64,000 nucleotides of DNA from a virus (lineage: Duplodnaviria; Caudoviricetes). Both the position numbers and the translations under genes were made by a program. The notes under the pieces are model-generated. The model saw only the letters and a list, made by a program, of their open reading frames with translations, was not told the origin of the DNA and made no database searches. The first letter of the stretch is position 1, and the number at the start of each line of letters is the position of its first letter. The stretch lies in the IMG/VR virus record IMGVR_UViG_3300046819_000361, one strand, 5' to 3'. This document shows, piece by piece, positions 10,576 through 21,978 of the stretch.

Positions 10576-11433
10576 TTAAATCTCCAATAAAATATTTGGG
10601 TCCCAACCAGTGTTTTCGTTGTATCTTTCGTTTTCATACCCCCTAGGATTGCATACCACTCTAGTTCCGCCAATCATATAATCGAACGGAGAGTGAGTAT
10701 GCCCATGAGTAAATAAAATTATTTCTGGATTATCCAAAATGAATTCACTCAAGTCACTGTGATATCCACCATTCATTTCATGATCTGTGGCGTACCGTGG
10801 ATGTATACTTAAATGACTTGGACTATGATGAGTTACCATCACAAATTTTTCAACGCCGTTATCTTTTAATTCTTTGATTGTTTTTTTAAAATAGTTTAGG
10901 GTTTCATTATGCCTAGTCACGGTATCTTCCGGTCGTATTTTACGATACCCAGATCTATCATGTTTAATCATATGATAATCATTCATGCTAGCTTTCAACA
11001 TGTACATGGTCATATGATCCATTTTGTTACAATCAGTCCACAATGTTCCACCAATAAATGCGATATTATCAATTATTGTATAATCTTTTTCCAAGAAAAA
11101 GATATTTGGATATTGGCGACATTCTTCATAAAGATATTCAATACCTGCATAGAATTTCCCACCGTATAATTCGTGATTACCGGCTACATATACTACTTTA
11201 GGAAAATCAGAGCTAACCTGTTTTAAAAAAGTTCTAAATCGATCAGCTGCATCCATCCTATGACTATATTTTTCCATTGCGCCATATTCGTATGGATCAG
11301 GTGCTGGAAAATCATGTAGATATTCAGCAATCATTATATCACCAGAAAGAATCAATACATCATAATCTTTATCATTAGGAATGACAAGATTTGAGAATTC
11401 TAAATGGGCATCACTTACTAGTTTTATTTTCAT
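10576..11433 (-). CDS. calcineurin-like metallophosphoesterase
   Basis: SDAH, GD, GNHE, THH, HGHTH, NPRGY. Confidence 0.9.
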   Translation of the reverse strand: MKIKLVSDAHLEFSNLVIPNDKDYDVLILSGDIMIAEYLHDFPAPDPYEYGAMEKYSHRMDAADRFRTFLKQVSSDFPKVVYVAGNHELYGGKFYAGIEYLYEECRQYPNIFFLEKDYTIIDNIAFIGGTLWTDCNKMDHMTMYMLKASMNDYHMIKHDRSGYRKIRPEDTVTRHNETLNYFKKTIKELKDNGVEKFVMVTHHSPSHLSIHPRYATDHEMNGGYHSDLSEFILDNPEIILFTHGHTHSPFDYMIGGTRVVCNPRGYENERYNENTGWDPNILLEI

Positions 11434-11804
11434 TAAGTATTTTCTCCCTGTATTCAAGCCAATTAGTCATCCAATCTATGTGAGCTTGAACCAAATCTGG
11501 CCTGGAAGCAAGTATAGGCGTCCATAATTTATAATACAATGAATAAACCCACCAATGATAAAATCTAATTTTCATTATCGTCTTCCTCGTCATATGGTTC
11601 AACTGACAACACATTTGCCGCATCAGCGGCAATTGTACTGTGTGATATAGCAACGTTCGCCAACTTATCAGCAATACCTTTAGGCTGGCAATCAACTGGT
11701 AATGATTCAACATCATAGTTACCAAAATCAACTATTGCTTCTATTACAATTTTATATTTCATTGTTAATTATACTCGCATTATCGTGTTCTGTCAACATA
11801 AACT

Positions 11805-12041
11805 TCATAGACGGTATGTAATGCGACCTTTATTAAGGTCATATGGACTGGTTTCAAGTTTCACCTTATCACCTTGTATGACTCGGATTTTATGTTGTTT
11901 GAGTTTTCCACCCAAATAGCATATTAAAATGTGATTTGTATTTTCAATTTGAACTTTAAACATATTACCTGGTAATACGTCGTTGACCATACCGGTCATT
12001 TCTATCATATCTTCTTTACTCATGTGTTTGGATTTATCCAC
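11805..12041 (-). CDS. infA: translation initiation factor IF-1
   Basis: MSKEDMIEMTGMV..LPGNMFKV..IRVIQGDKVKLETSPYDLNKGRITYR. Confidence 0.95.
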   Translation of the reverse strand: MDKSKHMSKEDMIEMTGMVNDVLPGNMFKVQIENTNHILICYLGGKLKQHKIRVIQGDKVKLETSPYDLNKGRITYRL

Positions 12042-12884
12042 TTTTCTCCTAATTATCTTTGACTACTATCCACCCAAGTGAACGCAGATCATTTTTTATT
12101 TCGTCAGTAACTCTGCCTTCTGGTACATAACCAATCGGCAGTGGAAATTCATCATCTTGATTTTCACTTCCTATACCAGAAGAATACCAATCCATATAAT
12201 CACCGGTGCCGATAATGTCAGCAACAATGCTACCAGCAGATCGCCAGCTCACACTCCAAAATTTTGTTGCTAGCATATCCCAGGTATTATCGGATTGAAT
12301 GAACCTATTGTTACAAAATGCAGCATATAAGTTTTGTGCGTAAACTTCTGAGTTACGAACTTTCTCTAGCATCCATTCAGAATGCAATATATGATGTTCT
12401 AAATCTTTGTCATTAAATTCTTCAGATGGAAGTATAAAATTTTCATCATCATTTAATGCGGAAAGTATATCCTGTAATCTTTGATTATCCTTATTCATTA
12501 TTACTTATGAAATTCTCCCTGGAAACAATGGCGCATCTCATGCCCAATTGTCCACATATCAACAGTTTTAGATGTTATCACGTGACATACATACTGTTTA
12601 CTTTTATTTTGAAATCTGAACGAACATGCATCAATTGCATATCCAAATCCAGCATTACCATACTCTTTACTTTTAGCTTCACATGCAGCTTGGATATTGT
12701 CTGCATAATCCCAAACCATAATTGTTTGATTTGTAAAATTCTTTGATGCTGAGAACTTATCATATGGGGTCTCACAGTATGCAACCGATGAGAATAAAGC
12801 AATTAGCAAAGTGATTTGTAATTTCATTGTGTATAGGTGTGTAAAATGACTGATATATAATTATATATCAGTCATTGAAGATTA

Positions 12885-13778
12885 TCAAGCAGTTTCTAAA
12901 AAATTTCTAACCCACGCTAACCGTTCTTGCTCAGAAAGATTATAAAATTCTTCAATGTTAGCTTGAATGTGATCTATGAGTGGATAATATTCCTCATCGA
13001 CTTTTTGTTTCACACCTGGTGACATTAATTTACCAGTAGTTGGATTTCGTGATACAAATTTTTTTACCAAGTAATATGGGCTTTTAATTTTAGCACTACG
13101 ACCATCTTCTGTATAAAAAACAAATCCTTCATGCTTCACATGTTTAACCATGTTACGCAATGTACCAAACTGTAAATGATGGGACCCAATAGTATGGCAT
13201 CCAAACTGGTTTGCTAAAATATAAAGAGTATCCAATTCATATTGTACATCACTTTCCCATGAATTTTCACGGTAACCCAAAAGATACATACCGATATCTT
13301 CTGGTATGATGTGTGGATCATTTTGATGAACACATTCAAACATGAATGTGAACCCACTCCATCGTTTACAAATATCTCGATATCTATTTTTGTCAATTAA
13401 TTCCAATGCCATTTTCACGTAATCAGAATCAGTTGAGCCGGTAGTAGACACTAGAATATCATTATCATACCATGTGATAGCCACCATGAATCCATTGACT
13501 TTACGAAATGCAGTAACTAATGTTGATGGAGATATAATAGGCGCTCTATCTTCAATACCATAGTTATAAATCTTTGTGAATGGTCTTGAAACAACATTAT
13601 ATTCATCATCAACCAATGTACCACGACATTCTTCAAGATAATTATTCCACAAGTTATCGTAAAATACTCGTTTTTTGTATTTCAGTACATATACACCAGG
13701 ATAAGATGTGGTTTTGCGTGAAACCAACTGTGAATTAGTTTCAACAAATTTTTTAATATCATCTTTCATTATTTCCAC
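12885..13778 (-). CDS. T4 Rnl1-like RNA ligase
   Basis: ECRG, RPFTKIYNYG, KVNGF (KxNG), FMFEC, HEGFV, KIKSPYY. Confidence 0.85.
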   Translation of the reverse strand: MEIMKDDIKKFVETNSQLVSRKTTSYPGVYVLKYKKRVFYDNLWNNYLEECRGTLVDDEYNVVSRPFTKIYNYGIEDRAPIISPSTLVTAFRKVNGFMVAITWYDNDILVSTTGSTDSDYVKMALELIDKNRYRDICKRWSGFTFMFECVHQNDPHIIPEDIGMYLLGYRENSWESDVQYELDTLYILANQFGCHTIGSHHLQFGTLRNMVKHVKHEGFVFYTEDGRSAKIKSPYYLVKKFVSRNPTTGKLMSPGVKQKVDEEYYPLIDHIQANIEEFYNLSEQERLAWVRNFLETA

Positions 13779-14317
13779 CCATGAGTTCTAATACCACTGG
13801 TTAATGCATCATTTACAATGTCATCCAATAATGATACTACATTCCCAGTCGCGTCAAATCCAACATCGCGTACTCGACAATGTGTTAATCCACTAGGATT
13901 CCCATGTAAGTGGCCATGAAGCATGATTGATCCATGATGACATTGATTCCATTCAGAAATAGGATAATGCATCATACAAATTTTATGACCATTGTGTTTG
14001 ATTTCATGGTATGTATAAACTGCTTCAAAACAATTCCTAAATTCATCATTTTCAACTAATCGACTATCATGATTTCCTTCAATAAGAATTTTACGACCAT
14101 TCAGTGCACGTACATGGGAAATTGCTTTTGATGGTTTGCAAAATGCAACATCCCCCAATATATAAACCAAGTCAGTAGGGGAAACTTTTTCATTCCATAT
14201 GTTTTTCATTTCTGAATTCATATGTTCGATATCATTAAATACACCCCGAGTAGCAGGATTATATTTCAGGATATTAGCATGATCGAAATGTAAATCAGAT
14301 GTTATCCAACTGTTCAT
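13769..14317 (-). CDS. metallophosphoesterase (next to RNA ligase)
   Basis: SDLHF, LGD, GNHD, MHYP, HGHLH. Confidence 0.85.
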   Translation of the reverse strand: MNSWITSDLHFDHANILKYNPATRGVFNDIEHMNSEMKNIWNEKVSPTDLVYILGDVAFCKPSKAISHVRALNGRKILIEGNHDSRLVENDEFRNCFEAVYTYHEIKHNGHKICMMHYPISEWNQCHHGSIMLHGHLHGNPSGLTHCRVRDVGFDATGNVVSLLDDIVNDALTSGIRTHGWK

Positions 14318-14852
14318 GAGAGTTCCATATGTAATTAAATAAAAAAATTATTGTATCACGCTATTTTTATTTGTCAATTACTTTCAAATTTAAAATTCGA
14401 TCCATTGCAAATATGTAGCAGTGTTTAAATTCCTCGCCGGTTGGACAGGGTTTTGTCAATTCAGCTAAATTATTACACACATCTGCACACTCGTCAATTG
14501 TTTTGTTGCGAATTTCTGTTATTAGTTGATTAAGTTCTCGTGTATTAAATACGTAGCCATGTTCCCGCTCATTAAATGAATCTAGATTATCAAGTATGCT
14601 CATAATTACTCCACTTTTCCACAAATTGTGTAAATTGCTCATTTGTCATGAAATGCAACGTATTAACACCAGATCTGTACGCATATAAAGGGTTTAGCAT
14701 TCCACCAAATCGTTGCAATTCGTGGTAAGTTAATGAAACCATCGCCGAGTAATTGCTGTTTGTGCTTTTTAGTACATATGATTGGAAATTAGACCAGTAA
14801 ATAGGCTGTGTTTTATCTGTGAATTCTACTTTAATACCGTACATACATCACC

Positions 14853-15653
14853 TTATCGAATTTTTAACATTGTTTCATATGAATAATTACATTCCATATA
14901 TTTTGACGGTGTTTTTAGATATGTTTCTGCTAAATCACCATCACGTTTTGGAAGAATTTTCACATCAAACTCGGATTTATTAACTTTTTTATAAGTTTCT
15001 ATAATTTGTTTAACAGATCGAGGGTCACCATATGCCAAATTTTCAATATTATTAGCCGGGTTACCTATTGCATTAATAATTCCGAGACAAATATCATTTA
15101 CATGGATGTATTCCCTAATACAAGTTCCATCAAAGGTATCATAATCATCCCCATACAAGTTGATATACCCACATTCCTCTGCTTTAACCAAATTATAGAA
15201 TAACCCATCTGGATTAGTTGGTTCAAAACCGTCAGAACCAATGACATTATAAAATCTGAAGATTGTATAGTCAGTTTTATTAACTCTTGCATACTCCTTG
15301 ACTATATCTTCCGCTGCTCGTTTAGACAACCCGTAAGGTGATCCTGGGTTTTCAGCAGCACCAGTACTTGCAAATATAAAATGCTTATATTTAACCTTAC
15401 TCAAGACATTATTCGTACCATTTATGTTGGTATTATAATATATTGTTGGTTTATCAACAGATTCACCCACTTTAACTAATGCAGCTAGGTGGATAACCGT
15501 ATCCACCTCAATTTCCGGCACATTGTAGGTAATATCCACGATATTGTCAACTTTATCAATGCCTATAACCTCAATTCCACCAATTTGTTCCAGCATTTTA
15601 CACAAATGCTGACCAATATATCCTTTATATCCTGTTACAAGTATCTTTCTCAT
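14853..15653 (-). CDS. NAD-dependent epimerase (GalE-like)
   Basis: TGYKGYIG, HLAA, YGLSK, FRFYNV, DGTCIREYIHV. Confidence 0.85.
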   Translation of the reverse strand: MRKILVTGYKGYIGQHLCKMLEQIGGIEVIGIDKVDNIVDITYNVPEIEVDTVIHLAALVKVGESVDKPTIYYNTNINGTNNVLSKVKYKHFIFASTGAAENPGSPYGLSKRAAEDIVKEYARVNKTDYTIFRFYNVIGSDGFEPTNPDGLFYNLVKAEECGYINLYGDDYDTFDGTCIREYIHVNDICLGIINAIGNPANNIENLAYGDPRSVKQIIETYKKVNKSEFDVKILPKRDGDLAETYLKTPSKYMECNYSYETMLKIR

Positions 15654-15803
15654 TATTCCTCTTTTTTATGTTTATGTTCTACACTAATACATGTAAAAAC
15701 CTTGTTACCAACATAGAATTTACCCAATTTTTCACATTCGGTTGCAATAATGTTGTGTGCATATATCCACCCAACGAACATACCTAGTAAAAATAGTATC
15801 ATT

Positions 15804-16268
15804 TTACCCACCATACCATATTTCATCAAATCCCTCCGCTAATGTAGGAATTTCCAAAGATGATTTCATTCTACACAATGTGTTATATGAAATGGATTTA
15901 CCAGGACGCGAATTTAATCGTATGGTTAATTCAGCTTCATCCGGTACTTTAAAAAAAACTGCTATTTTATAATAATCAGTAAATTTTGCAAGTTTTTTCT
16001 TACGTACTTTTGCTGATGTATTGGTTTGATCCCAGATTACATCTTTATTGTTTGATATTGCATTAATTACATCTTGCTTTACCAATTTTTCGGCAATTTT
16101 GATGTATTTTCTATATACTTCGTCATGAGTTTTTCCAACACTGATGGCATACTTATCAATATGATTATCACTGCTGATATAAAATGCATCTTTAAGCCAA
16201 TCTTGATTATTAACCCAAGTACTTTTTCCAGAACCAGGTATACCTATCATCATGTACAGTTTTTTCAT
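15804..16268 (-). CDS. P-loop kinase (AAA_33/polynucleotide-kinase-like)
   Basis: GIPGSGKSTW, WDQTN, EGFDEI. Confidence 0.8.
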   Translation of the reverse strand: MKKLYMMIGIPGSGKSTWVNNQDWLKDAFYISSDNHIDKYAISVGKTHDEVYRKYIKIAEKLVKQDVINAISNNKDVIWDQTNTSAKVRKKKLAKFTDYYKIAVFFKVPDEAELTIRLNSRPGKSISYNTLCRMKSSLEIPTLAEGFDEIWYGG

Positions 16269-16728
16269 TTATTTGGTACCTCATCATGTTATCGATACCA
16301 CCACACTGTTACGAATAACGATAGTGTAAGTATCTCGATTAATTTTTCCATTTTTCATAAACTTAATTGCGGCCTTTGTGTTAGCATCCATAATCTCAGT
16401 AACAATCGGGTCAATCTCAATACCTTTAACCCGTTCTAAATATCGGATGATAGCATGCTCAGAAACGATTGGTTCTTTTTCTGTTTGTTCTTCTAATAGA
16501 GTGTTGTATTGAGTTTGTATTGCATTCAGTTTATTGCGAATTTTTGCTAATTCAGCTTGTTTTTCCGAAACTTCTTTCCCCATAACTTCAGATTCGGCGG
16601 TCAACTTAACAATCTGTGTTTTTAAACTTTTTAATTCGGTTGAACTTTTGTAGTTGGTCATTTTATTACACCGTTTATCGAAAATGTAATTATATATGGC
16701 CAAGTGTGGAATGTCAATAAATATTTCA

Positions 16729-16812
16729 ATGAGTACATTAATAAAACCATTAGAACCCAGAGAAATTTTGAAAAGATTGCGGTCATCTGCAAAAAAGAGA
16801 GGAATTGAGTAG
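16729..16812 (+). pseudogene. 5' remnant of an endonuclease-like gene interrupted by the downstream endonuclease
   Basis: MSTLIKPLEPREILKRLRSSAKKRGIE then stop; a compatible C-terminal remnant (DNIEIISFRANRAKNN) follows at about 17671. Confidence 0.5.
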
Positions 16813-16942
16813 GTTCAATGAAGGCGATTAGAGTGACGGTTTACAAGTTTAGTTGAGTTTGCATAAATACATCATACAGTGTTAGTCGCAGATTGCCGTC
16901 TCACTAACTCTAGTCATTCTTTCATTAATTACAGGAACTAAT

Positions 16943-17653
16943 ATGACCAGCAATACTATTTATACCCCATTTACTTATTGTATTACATTTACAATAACTG
17001 GACAGAAATATTACGGTGTTCGATATGCAAAAAACTGTCATCCAATGCAATTATGGACAACATACTTTACGTCATCAGTTACTATTAAAAATTTAATTAT
17101 TTTATATGGGAAGGATGTATTTTTGTACGAAATACGAAAAACATTTTCTTCTGCAGCTGATGCTCGTAATTATGAACATAAATTCTTATCAAAAATAAAT
17201 GCTGCAAAGAATCCAAAATGGTTAAATTCATCAAATGGCAGTGGTAAGTTTCATTGTACTCCAGAAAGTTCGGCGAAAGCTGGATTTAAACATAGAGGAA
17301 AAACAATCTCGGTTGAAACAAGAGAAAAGATAAGAAATTCGTCTAAAGGAAGACAAAATGTAAGAAAGGGGAAATGCGGAGTAGTATCGAATGAAACTAA
17401 ATTAAAAATTTCTGCTTCTTCGAAAGGAATATCAAAACCCTCAAAAACAATATGTTGTCCATATTGTTTTTTAGAAATTAAAGGTGCATCAAATGCTAAA
17501 AGATGGCATTTTGAAAATTGTAAAAAACATCCAGATTATATAAAGCCGGTTGCACTACAAAAACCAATGATTCATTGTCCATTTTGTAGTTCTTCCAGTT
17601 CTAATAGATTAAATATGCAACGATGGCATTTTGAAAATTGTAAAAATAAGTAA
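16943..17653 (+). mobile_element. free-standing homing endonuclease (GIY-YIG/Seg-like, NUMOD-type repeats)
   Basis: FTYCITF..GQKYYGVRY..YFTSS; ETREKI/ETKLKI repeats; duplicated CPxC...RWHFENCK; opposite strand to neighbours. Confidence 0.7.
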
Positions 17654-17787
17654 TTACTTATCTTTATTTAGCAGACAACATTGAAATTATATCTTTTAGA
17701 GCAAATAGGGCCAAGAATAATTTATCTGCTGATGAATTGAAAAAGTTTAGCCAATATTTTGGCTAAACTTTTCACAATGATGATACG

Positions 17788-19380
17788 TTATTTTGCACAA
17801 GTGTTAGATTCACGTAATGTATTAAATAACAGTTTTATATCACCGGTTTCCATGTTAATTCGATTGAATAGCTCAGGATATTTCAAACTCAAAAGCGTAT
17901 AAATCGATTCTTCTGTACCAATAGTATTATGGATTACTGAATTATTCAATTCTTCAGTATACAACTTGGTAATTTCATTAATTTGATCGGGTGTGCCACC
18001 GAAAAATGAGGCTCGGCATACGTAATTTTCATATCCACCTGCAAATTCTTTCAATTTAAAAATATTGTATCCATGAATTTCAGAATTTGTATAATAAGTA
18101 AATGACGGCATGAAAAATTTATCTTTTGGAAGTTTCGTAAAATAAAATGTATCAAGCGGTTCAGTTATGTTAAAACTGCTGCATATTCCAGAATCAATCC
18201 AATAATAATACGAACTATGTGAGTACTTCATAGCCCGTTGCAATAATTCTTGTTTTGCAAGAGTTAATGGTACATACTCCGGTGTTGCCAACGCACTATC
18301 TTTAATCCAATCAGATTGGGTCACCCACGTGCTTTGATTGGTTATTAGATTTACTACATCATAAAAATGCAGATTATGAATATCATTAATATCATATTTT
18401 ATTAGTACAATTGGTCGATGGGCACGAATTTCTCTAATTTTATCAAAGTATTTTTCCTCAGTATACAACACAATTGGGTGTCTACTGTGTAATAACTTTG
18501 TCAAACTAGGGAGATAATGCTCCTCAAAATCCCTATCAGAACGCCCGATATTCACCGCCATTGAAACTAACGTGATATCAGTAGGCGGTTTCCAATGGGT
18601 ATCCCATTGCAAATAATCGAATTTAGGGAATGTTCTAGCATCTTGTAATTCTGCTGGGTAATAATCTTCGGGAGTTGTGCCGTCATTTGGTCTCTTCCCA
18701 GCCATTTTACTACACGAGTCACCTAAATGAACAACATATTGACCATTTAGAAATACTGATTTAAGACCCAATCCTAAAAACCGTCTATCAATATTCCATT
18801 CGTTATGCCATTTTTCAACACGCCCTAATAGGATTAAATCATCACGACGTTTCAAATTTGGACTACCAACCCATCCATACCAATGCAAATGATAGTCAGA
18901 AATCCGCCACAATTTTTTATAATAGAACATTTCATCAATTAATTCCGGCTCATAACTATCAATTCCTTGCCAATCAAACGTTCTCCAGGAAATGTCGATA
19001 ACACCAATGTGCCTATGTTTTTCTAGGATTGATTTTGATTGTTGCATGTACCCACCTTTTGTGAATTCCCAATCATCTTCAAGATAAAAAATATAATCAG
19101 TATCACAATAGGAAACCATGAAATCCATGGCCCACCATTGACTGCGATTTGACGGAAAGCATACTACATCACAAAATGACCCATAGCGTTCAACAAGAGT
19201 TTCGAAAACTCCATCAGCAGCACTATCATCAACGATCACCATTTTTGTAGGATAGTCATTAGTGTTAAGAAATGATCTCAGAGTCTTTTCTAATACATCT
19301 AATCGATCACAACTTAATACAAAAGTTGTAATATCGGTTTCCGGCTGATCTACCGTGTGAATATGTAATTTGTTTAACAT
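17788..19380 (-). CDS. glycosyltransferase (GT2-like + WlaTC/HtrL-like domain)
   Basis: IVDDS, YIFYLEDDW; second domain YYWIDSG...FFGG...GTEE. Confidence 0.7.
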   Translation of the reverse strand: MLNKLHIHTVDQPETDITTFVLSCDRLDVLEKTLRSFLNTNDYPTKMVIVDDSAADGVFETLVERYGSFCDVVCFPSNRSQWWAMDFMVSYCDTDYIFYLEDDWEFTKGGYMQQSKSILEKHRHIGVIDISWRTFDWQGIDSYEPELIDEMFYYKKLWRISDYHLHWYGWVGSPNLKRRDDLILLGRVEKWHNEWNIDRRFLGLGLKSVFLNGQYVVHLGDSCSKMAGKRPNDGTTPEDYYPAELQDARTFPKFDYLQWDTHWKPPTDITLVSMAVNIGRSDRDFEEHYLPSLTKLLHSRHPIVLYTEEKYFDKIREIRAHRPIVLIKYDINDIHNLHFYDVVNLITNQSTWVTQSDWIKDSALATPEYVPLTLAKQELLQRAMKYSHSSYYYWIDSGICSSFNITEPLDTFYFTKLPKDKFFMPSFTYYTNSEIHGYNIFKLKEFAGGYENYVCRASFFGGTPDQINEITKLYTEELNNSVIHNTIGTEESIYTLLSLKYPELFNRINMETGDIKLLFNTLRESNTCAK

Positions 19381-19383
19381 TAT

Positions 19384-19821
19384 TTAAATTGCCCATGATA
19401 AAATTAAGTTGTCAACAACCGTTGATGCAACTTTTCCATCATATTGTCCTGCATACGTTTCTTTTAAAGCCTTCATTGCGGATGGTTTACCACCTTCTCT
19501 CACAAATGGTATGACAAATGCTTCGATTTCCATCTCTGTTAATTGTTGCGGCAAGTATGCATTTAATATGTCGCGTTCTGCTTCATATTTTGAAACATCT
19601 ACTTGTTTAGTTATCCCAACAGAGATGCATTCATTTAAATTTTTAATAAATTTTCTAATGACACTAATAACTTCTGCATCTGTCGATTCACGCTTACCAT
19701 CATTCAAACCAACATTTGCTGCTTCTCTATACAATGTAGTTAAAAGGTTTATTGACAATTTATCTGTTCCAGCTTTTCGTAATCCAAACAGGTCTGTTTT
19801 AATTTTTAATAATAGTTCCAT
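19384..19821 (-). CDS. GatB/YqeY domain protein
   Basis: TDAEVISVIRKFIK..E...LNAYLPQQLTE...GQYDGK. Confidence 0.8.
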   Translation of the reverse strand: MELLLKIKTDLFGLRKAGTDKLSINLLTTLYREAANVGLNDGKRESTDAEVISVIRKFIKNLNECISVGITKQVDVSKYEAERDILNAYLPQQLTEMEIEAFVIPFVREGGKPSAMKALKETYAGQYDGKVASTVVDNLILSWAI

Positions 19822-20007
19822 GATTATACCCCTCGTGTGGTGTATTGAGCCACGCAGATGCTTCATCAGCTAAAGATGCTTGTAAATTAGCAGAGATGAT
19901 GACTTCTGCCAAAATATCACCAATATCATGCAAATCTGGTTGATAAAGTCCGCAGCCGTTTTCTAATAAAATTTCGTTAATACGATCTAATGTTTTTTCA
20001 ATATAAC

Positions 20008-20454
20008 TCATAAAAGTTTTAAATGTCCTGTTATTGGATCAATATTTTCTGGGTAATCCGGCCCAAGCGCTAAACAAGTAAGTGTCGGTATCCCATTAAA
20101 TTCAGTTAAACCTGCATCTTTAATTAGTTTAACATTAACCTTATTGTCCAATGCTTTTTGGTAAATATCAAGTAATTCTTGCTCACTATCAACAGAAACA
20201 CAAACTTTGGTAAATCTACCTTCTAACCATTCTTTAAGAGGCTGTTTATTTAATTGGATTACAGCACAATTTCCTAGCTGAGATGCATAATTGTGATAAC
20301 CATCGTTATAATCGATAGTTGCATCTAAATATATCTCGCTGTAGTTAAGAATAGCTCCTAATGATGCGTGGCTTGCTTGAGCTGCAATTTTGCCTTTTCT
20401 CATATTAAGGTCTTTTCTAACTACAATTACTTGTTTTGGTTCATTTTTTGACAT
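20008..20454 (-). CDS. pth2: peptidyl-tRNA hydrolase, Pth2 family
   Basis: KQVIVVRKDLNMRKGKIAAQASHA, DAGLTEF, TCLALGP, ITGHLKLL. Confidence 0.92.
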   Translation of the reverse strand: MSKNEPKQVIVVRKDLNMRKGKIAAQASHASLGAILNYSEIYLDATIDYNDGYHNYASQLGNCAVIQLNKQPLKEWLEGRFTKVCVSVDSEQELLDIYQKALDNKVNVKLIKDAGLTEFNGIPTLTCLALGPDYPENIDPITGHLKLL

Positions 20455-20466
20455 AATTATCCTAAA

Positions 20467-20493
20467 TAAAAAAGGTGCCGAAGCACCTTTTTT
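20467..20493 (-). terminator. intrinsic terminator after DUF2828 gene
   Basis: AAAAAAGGTGC-TTCG-GCACCTTTTTT. Confidence 0.8.
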
Positions 20494-20508
20494 TGTTTTT
20501 ACATTGAT

Positions 20509-21921
20509 TTAAACAGCGTATCGATCGACCATAATGGTTTTTAACATGATTCCTTCTGGTGTGAATTCACTCATATCTGCCGCCAATAATGCTTTCATGA
20601 TAGCTGGACTAAAACCAGATACCAATGCTGCACCAGACTTATCAGACTTAACCGGTACATTATCAGATGAATTAATATTCCAGAATACAATTTGTGGAGC
20701 TGTGTAACCAGCTGCCGCATATTTGCGTTCTACCATTTGCATCGCACTATCATCAAAACTAATGCAACGATCAAATTGCATATCAGACAGGATCAATAAC
20801 ATTTCTGGCATTTCTGTTTGTGGAACATTGTATTTTGTTGCAACATCAAGAATTAAATCAAACGCAGCATGTAAGTTAGTGCTCATACCCCAAGTTGATT
20901 TAACCATTTGGGTTGCTTTTTCAACAACATTACCGCGAAGAGTTAATAATTCCGGTCTTTCACTAAAAGTAATAAAAGTATCTTTAAATTTACCTTCATT
21001 TTTGTCAGCCAAGTACAAACCCAATGATACTGCAACATCCATACAGGTAATGTCCGATTTAGACATGTTACCACCAGCTCGACATGTCATCGAACCACTA
21101 ACATCTACTAATGGTAGTATATTAGCATCACCAACAAAGTTTGGCAAAGCGTCCCACTGTGCAATGATATGACCTTTTTCAGTTCTATCAAACCCATAGC
21201 CACCGATACCCTTTAATACGTCATAAGGATATACCGCACCTGCATTGACTTTAACATCAGGTTCACCCTTTACCAAAGCTTGAACGTATTCAGCAAATTT
21301 TGGAGTATGACGATTGAACGCTTTTTTATATCGTGAACTCGCTAACGATGGAACATGGCTAAAGTTGATATTATCCCAATCATTCGCACACATTTGAGTT
21401 TCAACAACCTTGGTCAAAGACACTAATGTTTTGCGATATTGTTTTGGACTCCATCCTAGAAATTTACGGAATTCAATTGCAACATTACCTTTGCGCGGTG
21501 TCCATTTAGCAGCCAAGCCATTGCCATCAGTCAATGCATTTTTTAACATTGTGTAAGCTTCTGTTTTCATTTCTGGTGTTTTAAACACAAAGATATCATC
21601 CCAGCGACCTAATTCAGGAACTTTAGATAACAATGCTTTTGCAGCATCGATATCAACCGTTTCCAAATGAGATAAAATATCTCTGAACAATTTACGTTCA
21701 CCTGCACCGCCTCGAACATCTCGCGACCATAATGCAACACGCATTGCTAATTCTTTATCTTCAACATACGCCGCTGTAAAAGCAGGAATTACATCTTTAC
21801 CTCTACTTGCACCAATATTAAAGAACAAGTCAACAACTTTGTTTGTTGTTGACTTACGTGCTTTCATACCGTTTGAGGTATGAGATTCTTGATTTTCTAC
21901 TGCTTCTACGAATGTAGTCAT
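20509..21921 (-). CDS. DUF2828-type TROVE/Ro60-like helical + vWA protein
   Basis: RDVRGGAGER, GRWDD, AAKWTPR; vWA MIDAS DVSGSM, ILSDMQFD, IVFWN, LVSGFSP; same domain architecture as Ro60. Confidence 0.8.
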   Translation of the reverse strand: MTTFVEAVENQESHTSNGMKARKSTTNKVVDLFFNIGASRGKDVIPAFTAAYVEDKELAMRVALWSRDVRGGAGERKLFRDILSHLETVDIDAAKALLSKVPELGRWDDIFVFKTPEMKTEAYTMLKNALTDGNGLAAKWTPRKGNVAIEFRKFLGWSPKQYRKTLVSLTKVVETQMCANDWDNINFSHVPSLASSRYKKAFNRHTPKFAEYVQALVKGEPDVKVNAGAVYPYDVLKGIGGYGFDRTEKGHIIAQWDALPNFVGDANILPLVDVSGSMTCRAGGNMSKSDITCMDVAVSLGLYLADKNEGKFKDTFITFSERPELLTLRGNVVEKATQMVKSTWGMSTNLHAAFDLILDVATKYNVPQTEMPEMLLILSDMQFDRCISFDDSAMQMVERKYAAAGYTAPQIVFWNINSSDNVPVKSDKSGAALVSGFSPAIMKALLAADMSEFTPEGIMLKTIMVDRYAV

Positions 21922-21938
21922 TGTTGTATCTCCTATGT

Positions 21939-21978
21939 CAGGTTAGTGTGTTAATTTTGTTTTGCTGTTTACTAAACT
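21939..21978 (-). ncRNA. CAGCA-scaffold copy 0 (minimal, in 5' UTR of DUF2828 gene)
   Basis: AGTTTAGT-AAA-CAGCA...ACTAACCTG just before AGGAGA RBS; TTGACA-N16-TATAAT at 21989-22016. Confidence 0.6.
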
